Shown: positions 36,722-48,400 of the stretch, piece after piece
How positions within the stretch are numbered: position 1 is the stretch's first letter
How the letters are laid out: every line of letters starts with the position of its first letter
NCBI RefSeq assembly: GCF_037042905.1
Contig: NC_087250.1
Location: 7,876,001 to 7,940,000 of the forward strand
Source of the DNA: Lytechinus pictus
Lineage: Eukaryota
DNA: 64,000 nucleotides
Direction of reading: 5' to 3'
Notes under the pieces: generated by a model
Told to the model about the DNA's origin: nothing
Seen by the model: only the letters and a program-made list of their open reading frames with translations
The model's database searches: none
Position numbers and translations under genes: made by a program

Positions 36722-38695
36722 TTAAACAAGCTCACAAGAGTTTGCGGGGTGGACCAAAAACTGTATTGATAATTTCCACTTTAGGTAGCTTCGATTCCGA
36801 CCCAAAAACCCACAAAACGTCATAATTTTCCTCTATCTTATATGTGATGTCAATGAAACTTCAAAAATCCCCCAAACGTTATTCCTATCGTAATATTTTG
36901 TAATGATTCGGTAAATAGGAGTGAATTGCGAAATTGGCATTAACTTGAAACTTCACGAGGTTTTCGCCAAGCTCATTTCGTGTCCCATAGATTTTCTCAG
37001 AATTAACAGTATAGACTTTATTTCCTTACTTTTGCATTTTTTTTCTTCATTTGAATAAGTTTTGGCCTGTTTGAAAATATTAAAATGAGTAGTTCTAGCT
37101 GTATTTTCTTGAAATAGTGAGTAGGCCCTAAATGATTTTAGGATCTTGCTATCAAAATGAATTGTTTATTGTTGTTTCTTTACGAAAATATTCCTTGAAC
37201 AACCATGAAATCCCCTTTCTTATCTGTTTATCGCCGTGTTCTTCTTATCAAATCTTTTCCTTTCTTGTCTTGTCCTTCGATCTTCTTTCTTTCTCTCTTT
37301 CTTTCTTATTTTTTTTTTCTTTCTTTCTTTTCTAAATATGCGCAAATCATCATTCATGCCAGAGACCTCCCCGTGTGATTTCAGTTCTCCTCTTTTTTTT
37401 TTCTTTCCTAATTATCACGTACGCAAGGGGGAACCACACCAGCTCTTGGTGGACCCCTCATTTCTATAATGTCCTTTATTTCATACTGCTTTTCTTTAAA
37501 ATCATAATGTCAATCCTTAAATTTGTATATGATTTATATTACTTTGTATTGAATTGAACAGTTTGTCTCTACATACAAGTCAGTGTTGACGCTCTCTACG
37601 TTCGGAATTCGTTGCATTTAAATTACGGTACAGGTACTCAGCTCAGATTTTTTTTTGTAAACATTGCACAATACAATTGGCCTCGGGGAATATTTATAAC
37701 GTAATAAATAAGAGGCTGAATTCTATGAGATAATTTTAATTTACACGCTCACTGTACGAGTGCAAGTTTCCAGAATGGACTGAAAACAAGGTCTGAAACA
37801 AGGTAAGAATAATCTTGATAATCCTATTGATTTCTAAATTCGAGTTTTGGGCCTCAATTTTTATCGGAAACTAAAGTTACTCGTTCAAATGAAAGAACGC
37901 GCGCCCGCACTGTGGAAAAGAGTTGGAAGCTTTTACCATCACCAGCGCATGCAATTTTTATGCACGCAAGTTAAATACGGTCATCACGATTCCGTGGCAC
38001 GGCAATTTGGATTGCACATGAACAAGAACGACACAAGACTCCATATGGTGCGATGTCCATACAACACAAAAAAGAGAGATAAAAACTTCAAATATTTGCC
38101 CAACATTTTCTTAACATTATTACAACTTAGAGTTAGACTACAATAAAAAAATAAGAGAGGAGGAAATAAGAAAAGTAACTAGTAAGACTAAGACTAGACT
38201 CTAGAGGAACTTCAGGCAGTATGGACTATGGTCAGTTCCCCCATGTCTGCGCGGTCTCCCAAGTCTGCGCACCCGCGTATCTGCGCGATTCTAGTAAAAG
38301 AAGATACGCAACGAGCACGAACTTTACACATGCAATACATAGACAGGTATTCATAAAAAAATCCGACTCAAAATGGTGAAAAAATAATGAATTCAGGGCA
38401 TTTCATGTGACGCCCTCAAAATACAGCCTTTCTCATCAAAATCTCCGAATCGTGTGCAAAGTGAATGAGTGCGCAGACATGGGGTACCATTTTTTTTTTC
38501 AATCTGAAAATGACTGCCCAAGGTTTTTTCAAGAAAATCCTATATTCTCTTTCATTTTTTAATGAGAAATTTGGTATACTTACTCTCAATAATATAAGGA
38601 ACATTATTATCCAAAAGATTTTGTGAAATAAGAAGAAATTCATGTTAAATCTTAACTCAAATTGTTAGGTGCGCAGACTTAGGGCCCACCATCAT

Positions 38696-39141
38696 ACTAG
38701 AGGCGCATGGCCAATATGGGAGACTCTCTCCAATAGGGGAGACAATCTCCCACATTGGGAACTTGCTTTGCATAAGGACAAAAGAAACAACACCAACAAA
38801 AGCATGATTTTTTCCACCCAAAATTTTGTCTCACTGAGGTCAGAAGCCCATTTGTTTTGTGTGTGATTTACAACAAAAATCCTTATCAAAACAAAGGTAG
38901 ACGGTGAATTTTTAAAGTAGACGGTGAAAAGGGGTAATTTTTCATGAGGAATCTGCTTATCACATTTTTATTTGCCGCCAAGGTAATCCTTTTGCAGAAA
39001 ATGTAAACAAAGGAAATTGGTCTCCAAAACTGGAGACTGTCTCTGAAATTGGATACCCAAATTTCTTACAAAAGTCTCTGATATTGGAGATAATCTCCCA
39101 CATTGGAGACAGTCTCCAATATTGGCCGTGCGCCTCTACTG
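38696..39141. mobile_element. MITE with tagaggcgca(t/c)ggccaatat TIRs (Tc1/pogo-like)
   Basis: tagaggcgcatggccaatat ... atattggccgtgcgcctcta; adjacent to another TIR element at ~38227-38694. Confidence 0.7.
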
Positions 39142-39439
39142 TCAGGAAGGAAATAAAATGAAGGAAGGAAAGAGAGAAAGGAATAAGTTAAGGAAGAAAA
39201 AAACACAGGAAAGAGAAAGAAGCTGGCAAAAGAAGGAAAAAGAGAATGAGAAATGAATTAAAAAAAATGAAAGAAAAAGAGGAGTTCTCAGAGAAAGAGA
39301 GAGAAAAAATGTATGAAAAGGAGCAAAAAATGAAAATAAAAATAGATCTAAACTAACTTTAGACCAAAGCCAAGGCAAAGAAAAATGAAAGAAATAAACC
39401 ACAACGACAAATCGTCTATAGACTGTGTACAAAAGATTG

Positions 39440-40060
39440 ATCGTCTACGCACAGCGATTCGGAGACCGCTGATTGGACAATCGCGCAGATCACGTCATGA
39501 CTACGTGGTCGCCAAAATAATTCCTCCGGACTGCGTGCGGAAGTATCGATAGCGATAACCGGTCACGTTGTGTCCGCGGGAAATGGTCTTGGTTCGTGAT
39601 TGGATCGCTCCAGTATCGATCGAAAATTATCGAGACTCAGCAATTTCATGCATATTCACGCGACGCTCCGAAACCCGGAAATCAATTGACTTTGTACACG
39701 TTGCGATAGACTCTACAAACTCCAACGAACACGGTACCATATCGACGCTAATTCGTAAGATTTTGACCGAAAAGCAAGAAGTAATTGAAATTCACTTACC
39801 TGTGTGGTATCGGTGAGAAAATAGATCCTCCAAGAGTACCTTTCATAATTCATATAAATTATGGGAAAGTGAAATTCTAGGTCGATTTAGGTACAAGGTG
39901 ATAGAGAATTGCACACATGTTTTGGTGGAATACTGTGTGGGGAAATGGAAGGCTTGCAGTGCGCATGCTTACTATATTTTCATTCATAAATTGGCTCTCG
40001 GCATGCAGTGGCTGGATGACGTCATGTAATAAGCAAAATGTACACGCCCGCTAGTGTTGA
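39440..40060. promoter_or_regulatory. CpG-rich putative promoter / first-exon region of VCPIP1
   Basis: Reverse CCAAT (39472), CRE-like cacgtca (39491), ETS cggaagt (39538), NRF1-like tgcgcatgc (39960), full CRE tgacgtca (40017); candidate donors at 39781 and 39813; acceptor ttttcag at 41518 precedes the ATG exon. Confidence 0.5.
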
Positions 40061-41565
40061 ACTCACCGCTATCCGTTCTATACAATTTGCCACTGTACAG
40101 TAATGTTTGCATACACTATATGCAAGTAGATAGCAAGAATATCGTCAAAAGTAGGTACTGGAAGTAAATAATGAATAATGAAAAAAAGCCTCATGTCATT
40201 TGAAAAAATTTCGGACGCAAATCCGATACCTTCTCATGGCCAGTAATATATTCTTTATTAGCATTATTGTCAAAAACATTGCTCAAAACTTACCATTACA
40301 TTTCCTAAATAGTGAAAAATAAGGCTGAAATGCTCCATAAAATGTGTCTGGAAATGCATACCAGTATTTAGGCCCATCATCATCATCATCCGTTAAAGTA
40401 CAGTCCATCAGGTTGGTGTATCATCGTACTTGTAGAATTGTGCAGGAGTATCCCCAGGCCATAGGCTATACTGTGTGAGCTAGTGGCTGAAAATTGGCAT
40501 TTTTAAGTCTTTATGCTTACCTAGACTGTTTGAGCCTCTGTGAGCTGCCATGGAAACATGTCACATTGATAGATAATCAACTTGGCTACCAGAAAATGTG
40601 AAGATGTTGCTACATTTTACTACATTGTGCTCTCAAAATATAGAATGAAAATTTGAGGCAAATCCACCCATTGACTTTTTGGACACATGTCTACAGCACA
40701 AATCTGGTGCCATTGCCCACCCTTCCTAGAGTGCATTTAAATAGATTGATTGTATTGTGGAGGGGCCGGTATAAAGAAACAGTCATACACTCATATATAA
40801 TGTATCGGTAAAAGGTCCTACCTTAATATCACTCTTATATTGCCAGGCACAGCTCACTCGTATGCTATAGGTCCGCTCCGTCCGGGGGTTGAGTGGAGAA
40901 TTGCTTCTTGGATTATGTGTGTAGTATACATGTGTGCTGCGTTTGTGTACTGTGTGCAAAGTCTGTGTATTCCAGCCGGTGGGTCAGGTGACTCACGTAT
41001 GGAGTGGTCGTGTGTAGTCTGCTATCTATGTCGTCTGCTTAAACTACTACTTGGAAATCAACCCCCCTAACACCATAGCTGAGTCTAATTGAACAATGGT
41101 TATTTTGTCACAATTTTCTATTTACTGTTTGATTAAAATGCTAATTTTTCGCTTTTTCGCTATCTTAACATTTTTGCTAGACTAGGGTGCAAACATACTT
41201 AAAACTGATGGCAAGAGGCTGAACATGTTAATTTATTTCACATTTCATAATGTAGCAAAGTGACAAATGAATAGCGAATTTGAATAATTTGATTTCGGAT
41301 TCTGGTGACGTGGGTTAGATTCTCACTTGGTGCGCTAGTGCCCTTTGGTATTGGGCCTAGGCATTAATCCACATTACCAGGTCCCTAGGAGAGGACCTTA
41401 AGCTGTCGGTACTCTGGTTGCTTGAGCTAACTTAAGCATTCATGCTTTCATAGCAATCAAGGTGAAAAATCACCACCAATCACCCTCAAAATGATGACCA
41501 TTTTGTTGTTATTTTCAGGTTTGCACAAATTCTTAAGGATCTAGGACCTGATCTCCAAGGTTAGG

Positions 41566-42409
41566 ATGAAGAAACACGAGCGTCACTGCTTTCTTTCTGG
41601 TGTCTGCCCAGATGAACACTGCCAATCCAAACTGTACTTCCCATCATATGATCGCACCGTAGAGTGTACCAGCTGCGGACAAATACATGAATGCCGTTCC
41701 TTACGATCCGTTGCGGAAGTCACCGACCCAGATGTTGTTCTCCACAACATGGTGCGGAACCTTCTGATGGGCAACTTCGCGCCGAAGAAGACAACCGATT
41801 CCATCAAGGTCCTGGGTCTGTCCAACTACCACTGCAAGCTTCTGAGCCCTCTGCTGACGAACTTTGGCATGGACAAACAAGGCAAGGCCCAGCCGTTGGA
41901 GAGCTTGACGCAGAGCAACGTCTTCAACTGTTCCAACCTGGGCGGCCGTGCCTTTCTGATCCAACCGGAGCACATTGACATCATGGGGTACGGGCGGGAC
42001 CAGACCGGAAGCGCTCACTACCTTTGCAACACTTTGGAACAGATCAAACAAGTCAACGGAGACGAGGAAGTCCTGATACCGATACATGCCGATGGGGATG
42101 GACATTGTCTCGTCCACGGTATCTCCAGGGCTCTCGTTGGTCGTGAACTCTTCTGGCACGCCTTGAGAACAAACCTCAAGAATCACTTTGAAGAGAACTT
42201 GGACCGTTACAAGAACATGTTCAAGGATTTTGTGGATAATAGCGAATGGCCCCAGATTATAGCTGAGAGTGACCCAGACTATCTACCGGGGCCCAATGAG
42301 GCCATGGGGCTCCAGAATATTCATATCTTTGGTCTTGCTAACATCCTTCGAAGACCTATCGTCCTTCTTGACTCGCTCAGTGGACTAGAAAGCTTTGGTG
42401 ATTATTCAG
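41566..42409 (+). CDS. VCPIP1: VCPIP1 coding exon 1 (Cys-rich N-terminus and OTU catalytic Cys)
   Basis: ATG at 41566; donor cag|gtaatt, phase 1. Confidence 0.95.
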
Positions 42410-45400
42410 GTAATTGGTTTATCCTATATTTTTCTTCTTTTTGATCCTTGATTGTTGAATAGGTTGATTCTTAGTACTTCGCACAGCACCATATAATAAA
42501 ACTGGTCTTGGGATTTGAATTTTTTTGGTAAACATTATGTATTTGAGCTAAGGAAGGCAATCTAAACTATGCTTACAACACCGACACCAGCTATAACACC
42601 TAACTTGAAACCACTCAATGTAAGGTGTTTGTTTTCATAGCAATCTGAATTATACCTCCAACACCAATACCATCTCTAACACCAAACTTGATATCACTCA
42701 ATGTAAGGTGTTTTACTAACACCAGCACTAATACCAGACTTGTTATCACTGAGCATTTGTTGTTTGCTTTTATTCTGCTGTAGGAGTGTTTCTCCCTGTC
42801 TTAGATGCACTTGCTGAATACAGTGGAAGGATAATGTAAGGTGTTTGTTTTCATACCAGTGTATGAGTGTTTCTCCCTTGTTAAATACACCTGTAAAAGG
42901 ATAGTGACCTCGGTGTAAGGTGTGTTATTATCCGGTGTAGGAGTGTTTCTTTCTGTCTTAAATACACCTGGTGAATACAGCGTAAAGTATGATACATGTA
43001 CATGTAAACTCAATTTAAGGTGTTTGCTTTTATCCGGTGTAGGAGTATTTCTCCCTGTGTTAAATACACCGGCTGAATGCAGTGGAAAGGACGGTAAACT
43101 CAACAAACCTCTTTGTGTCGCTTGGAGCAGCTCTGGAAGAAACCACTTCATAGCCCTTGTAGGGGTCAAAGGTAAGTACAGGACCATGTTAAATAAAGCT
43201 AAGCGATTGATCCTAGAGATCATTTCTACGACTGATCAATTCAATACAATTCAATTCATTTATTTTTTCCATTAAAAAACATCAAAATATGTACAGTTGA
43301 AATACACATACTTATATACAAAAAAATAGATCAAATACATAAGCATAGCAAATTAATATTGTAAGTAAGAGAAATAAATGGAAAATGGAACACCTGTAGA
43401 AAGCTTTTTTTTAAAAGCTGGTCATTGGCAGGAGTCCAAAAGTTAACAAAATACAAATATAATAATAATATTAGATGGCACATGTATTTGAATTCAACGT
43501 CTTGCCCCCCTGTCCCAAACCCCTTTCCCATCTCTCTCTCTGGTAGAATTTTAAAATTAATATAGGCTAAAATTTGAATTGAAATGAAATTAATATGTCA
43601 AATAACAAATAAACTTTAAATTTTTTTTTGAAAGTACACATACACAATAGTCAATGTAAATCGATAATACAAATCAACCACCTGATCAATCGCTAAGTGT
43701 ACTTATTAGGCCCAGTAATGCCAACCTCTGAAACCCTAGCAATGAAATAAAAAGAGAAAATTAAGAAAAAAGTGTAACACTGAAAATTTCATCAAAATCA
43801 GAGGTAAGAAAAGAAAGTTGTGACATTTTAGATTTAAGCTTGATTTCACAAAACAGTTAAATGCACATTCTTCTCTGTCTGCAAATGAGGGAATTGATGA
43901 TGTTACCCACTCACTCTTTCTTCATTGCAAGTTTCTATTTAATCTAAATTATGATATGAAACTGGGGAAAAGCCATTAATGTGACATGTTGATATATCAG
44001 GCAAGGTTGTTTGAGCATGTTCTGAGTCTCTTGTTGCTTCACATCACCAACTTCGAATTCCGTTGCTAAAAATCAAGCTAAATATTAGGACGCACTTAAA
44101 TTATAAGTTGCAGTTCACAACTCAATGCAATACTCCAACTCCCTCATTCCTGCACGATACTTGACCTTTCCCCTTTGATTCCCATCAGGTCGTCCGTTGC
44201 CACGGTTACCAAGGTGGATGCTCTCGAAAGCCTGGGGGACGTCGCAAGAAGAGGTCAATAGATACATTGAGTTTGATGGCGATGGCATGTGCACCGTAGG
44301 GGGAGACAGGGCACTTACCGTAAGTGTTTAGTCATAACGACCAACTTTAAAATCTCTTCGAGCGTTTCACAATACATTTGTTGCAGTTCAAATAAATTTA
44401 GCTCTGTCCCTTTTATCGTTTACCTCTATTACACGGGCATTGCAGGTCTTAAATATGCAATATGAAAATAAAATCAAAATCCATATTTTATTGTTCGAAA
44501 TAGAAATATTTCGAAAATTAATTTTTTCCATGTTATCCTGGGCCCGGCAGCCAATGCACAGGGCCAGATCGACGTAGCTCTATCCCTTTATTCGTTGAAC
44601 GTAAAACAGGGTAGCAGCAGCTCCCATCTTTTAACATCTTTTGGTCTGATGTGGCTGGGGCATGAACTCTAACTCTCTCGGTTTTGAGACGGATGCTCTA
44701 CAAACTGAGCTAACACACCAGTTCTCATGATGTTTGAGAATAATAAAAATAATAACGTTTTATTTACCCAGGGTAGCCACTTCAGTTAGGACACTGCTCT
44801 ACCAGCGGGCCCTGCATAACATAAGATGTTATTATTACCCTTCTCCAATCTAAATGCTGAGCGCCTAGCAAGAAGGCAGAAGGTCCCATTTGTATAAGTC
44901 TTTGGTATGACTCGGCCGAGGATCGAACCCACAACCTCCCGTTCATGAGGCGGACGCTCTACCACTGAGCCACCTTAGTGGGTCAACATTTTTGTGCTGA
45001 AGTGATTATTGGATCCATGTTGAATTTAAATGTGGCGCGTTTTTCTAGTTTTTGGCATGTCGCAAATAATCCCCCCAACATGATGGAATGAACAGAACAT
45101 GAAAGAGCACTTCTGATTGGTTCCTGGTCCGTGTTCTGAACAAAATGCACATGTATCACTGCTCTTGATTGGCCGGCACCATTCAGAGATAGATTACTAA
45201 CCTTTGTTCTACAGAGCGCAAGTGGCTACTCCAAAGCCTGCTCTGTCATCACAGCTGCCAAGGATCTTATCCTATTTATTCGGATTTTTAAGGGGGGATT
45301 AACACTAAATAGAATTTTTCCTGTAGAAGGATTGTTGAAATTTGTAAGAATGATGTTTGGTATGTTTTTTAAGATTTTAGGCTTGAAAATAGGGTAGGAA

Positions 45401-48400
45401 ATAAAGGATAGGATTTTTTTTTCACAATTGAGGTTGGCAACACTGTGTTATGTTTTGATTTGATTTTTTTTCATATGTAGGAGAATTATGTACAGCGTCT
45501 AGTTACCGCAATGGAAGATCAGTTCCAAGACAAACATGGTGTCCATCCGTCATTAGTGTCTGATGTCTACAACTTTATCTCTAAGAGAACAGGTATGAAT
45601 AAAATAAATAATAAAATTTGGTTTTATCAGGAGCTGCTTTGTAGCATATCAGGGGTCGCGCTTATTTTTTTTCCCCCAACTAGCCTGTCTGGCTTGCCCG
45701 CCAGAAGTTATTTTGTCGAATTTTTCATTAATTCACAATATCACATGCAACACTGAAGTAACAGTTTGACTAGTTACACGGGCTAGCAACTTAAATTCTT
45801 AGTTTGCCTGCTGTGATTTTTACTGGCCATTGGCTAGCGGGCTAGTGTTATTTCAAACTCTGTATATACTTTTGCAGTTTGTTGTTAGGCATCTAGTTGC
45901 TCCCAAGATGTGCCCATGGAAACTGCTATTGCCTTCCAGTCAGGATATTGCAAGTTATTGACCAAGTGTGTAGTTGGAGCTGCTCCTCACCCTGGGTCCC
46001 GTAACACAAAGGTTAGCAATTAATCGTAAGCTTGATTGTTACGATTGATTGTACATTGTAGTCAATCGTAGAAAAATGTTCTACGATCATTGCTAAGCTT
46101 TGTGTTACGGGCCCCAGATCACAAGGAGAAGGAGGAGAACTCTACCTGGTGGGTGTTTCATGAAAGGATTTTATCCGATAGTTACCATAGTAACAGTACC
46201 TCTCAGCCAATCAACATCAGAGAAAGATGTCAGATCTGACAACTTGTTGGATGAAAATGTTGATGAAACACTCCCCAGATGGCTATGAAGCAGATCGTCA
46301 TGCCTCATCTAATCTGCAGTGTCTCAGGTGCCTTATCCTCAAGGCTACAATAGCTCATCCTCTGGTCTGAAGGAAGGCGGAGAACTCAACCTGATGGCTA
46401 TGAAGCAGATCGTCATGCCTCATCTAATCTGCAGTGTCTCAGGTACCTTATCCTCAAGGCTACAATAGCTCATCCTCTGGTCTGAAGGAAGGCGGAGAAC
46501 TCAACCTGATGGCTATGAAGCAGATCGTCATGCCTCATCTAATCTGCAGTGTCTCAGGTACCTTATCCTCAAGGCTACAATAGCTCATCCTCTGGTCTGA
46601 AGGAAGGCGGAGAACTCAACCTGATGGCTATGAAGCAGATCGTCATGCCTCATCTAATCTGCAGTGTCTCAGGTACCTTATCCTCAAGGCTACAATAGCT
46701 CATCCTCTGGTCTGAAGGAAGGCGGAGAACTCTACCTGATGGCTTAACAAACCAATGTTTCTGGGACCATTGTTGTTGAGTTAATTTTCTTTTGATATTC
46801 TTGATGTACAGGTATTGGTGGTATTCACCAGAATGTGATCATTGAGCATACCAGAGCATCGGTTCAGGATCATCAATTATACAGATGCCTCATCTGTTCT
46901 GCAGTGTCCCAGGTACCCTATCCTCAAGGCTACAGTGGCACACCCTCTGGTCTCAAGGAAGGAGGAGAACTCTACCTATTGGCTAAACAAACCAATGGCA
47001 CTTTACAAGAAGGACGGGTCTATGACTTCCCTACACAAGGTAATAATTATGTTAATCCTTAATTATAGGTGGTTAGTATTTTTTTTGGTCAAAGGCCCAT
47101 TGCTTTAAAAAGTTGCTATTTAGTAAGTTTGTCATGCTCAATAGCCTATCAGCATCAAGGATTTGGAATTTCTTTGCATAGTCTCATGAATAATTATAAA
47201 TCTTACCAAAGGTTTTGTGTTTTCATAAATGCAAATTCCTTATTCTTTGGTGTTCAGGACATCATATTCTGTGTACTTCAGTATTATTGACAAAACATAT
47301 ATGTTAAAGCAATAATTATGGAAGTAGTAAAGTCTAAGAAAAAACATGTAAGTTTCCATTATATGGATACTGTGGTATTCAGATAAAACTTGTTGAAGGC
47401 ATTCTCAACATGGCAAGCAAGTTTGATTGGCAGATTTTCCACTGATGCAAGGTTTTGTTTATTGGAGTTTGCTTTCATTTTCCATAATTTTTCATGATTC
47501 TTCCCAGATTCTGAGAAATGTTTTAGTCTTCAGTATTGCAGAAAATCAGGGATTTTACCTGTTACATGGTCAATAAAATGTCAAATAGCAAATTGATGTG
47601 TTTTTTTTTTCTTTTCTTGTTTGTCAACAGACATCCAGTGTACCTACGATGCATCCTCAGATGAACTCATTCCGGACCATACCTTCAATCAGGATGCCAC
47701 GTGCCCATGGTGTAAAGGGTTAGTGTTAAATGAATGTCAAGGCAGGGTTCAAATGTCACAAGTTCAAAGGAATTCAAAGGTCGCACATTGAGTTTCAAGG
47801 CCTAATTGATAAAAAAGGTTGAGTTTCAAGTTATCATCTTCCGTGAAAGAACAGTCTACCAGGTTGGTGTTTCATCTTACTTGTAGAACTGTGCAAGAGT
47901 ATGTGCAGTGCTGTGGAAGATCTATTCTACTGCGGTTAAAAAGAATCAGCGCAGTCTTGGCGCAGTTAGATTTTCTGCACCTCATCCTTGAAGCTGGCTA
48001 CTGAAATGCAATTAACTGTAGTGGCAGGGAGAATATTCCAGTGTAATGGCATCAGGAATAAAGGTTTTCTGGTAACAGTGCAAGCATGTGGGACGTGTAA
48101 CCTCATCTGATGACCACGAAGCGAGGTGAACGTAGCAGCCTGGTTGAAGTACTGTACCGTTGGTACATCAACAATTGTATTTACCAAGCGATAAACTATC
48201 ACCACCTTGAACTAGGCTCTTCTCTCTTTAAGGGTGGGCCACTGTAGCTGTCGTAGCATATCGGGTTAATTGGGTTTAATGGTTATTGGGTCACAGAGAT
48301 CATTGAGACTCAAAATTCGTTGGGTTTCAAGGGCCATATATGGTCTCGTCATTGTGTCTCAAAGGTCGTTATGTTTCAAAGGTCGTTGAGTTGCAATGGT

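Noticed and set aside
41583..42186. Overlapping alternative-frame and antisense ORFs in VCPIP1 exon 1 (and within the GT31 CDS)
   Set aside because: Shadow ORFs of GC-richer coding sequence with no recognisable motifs
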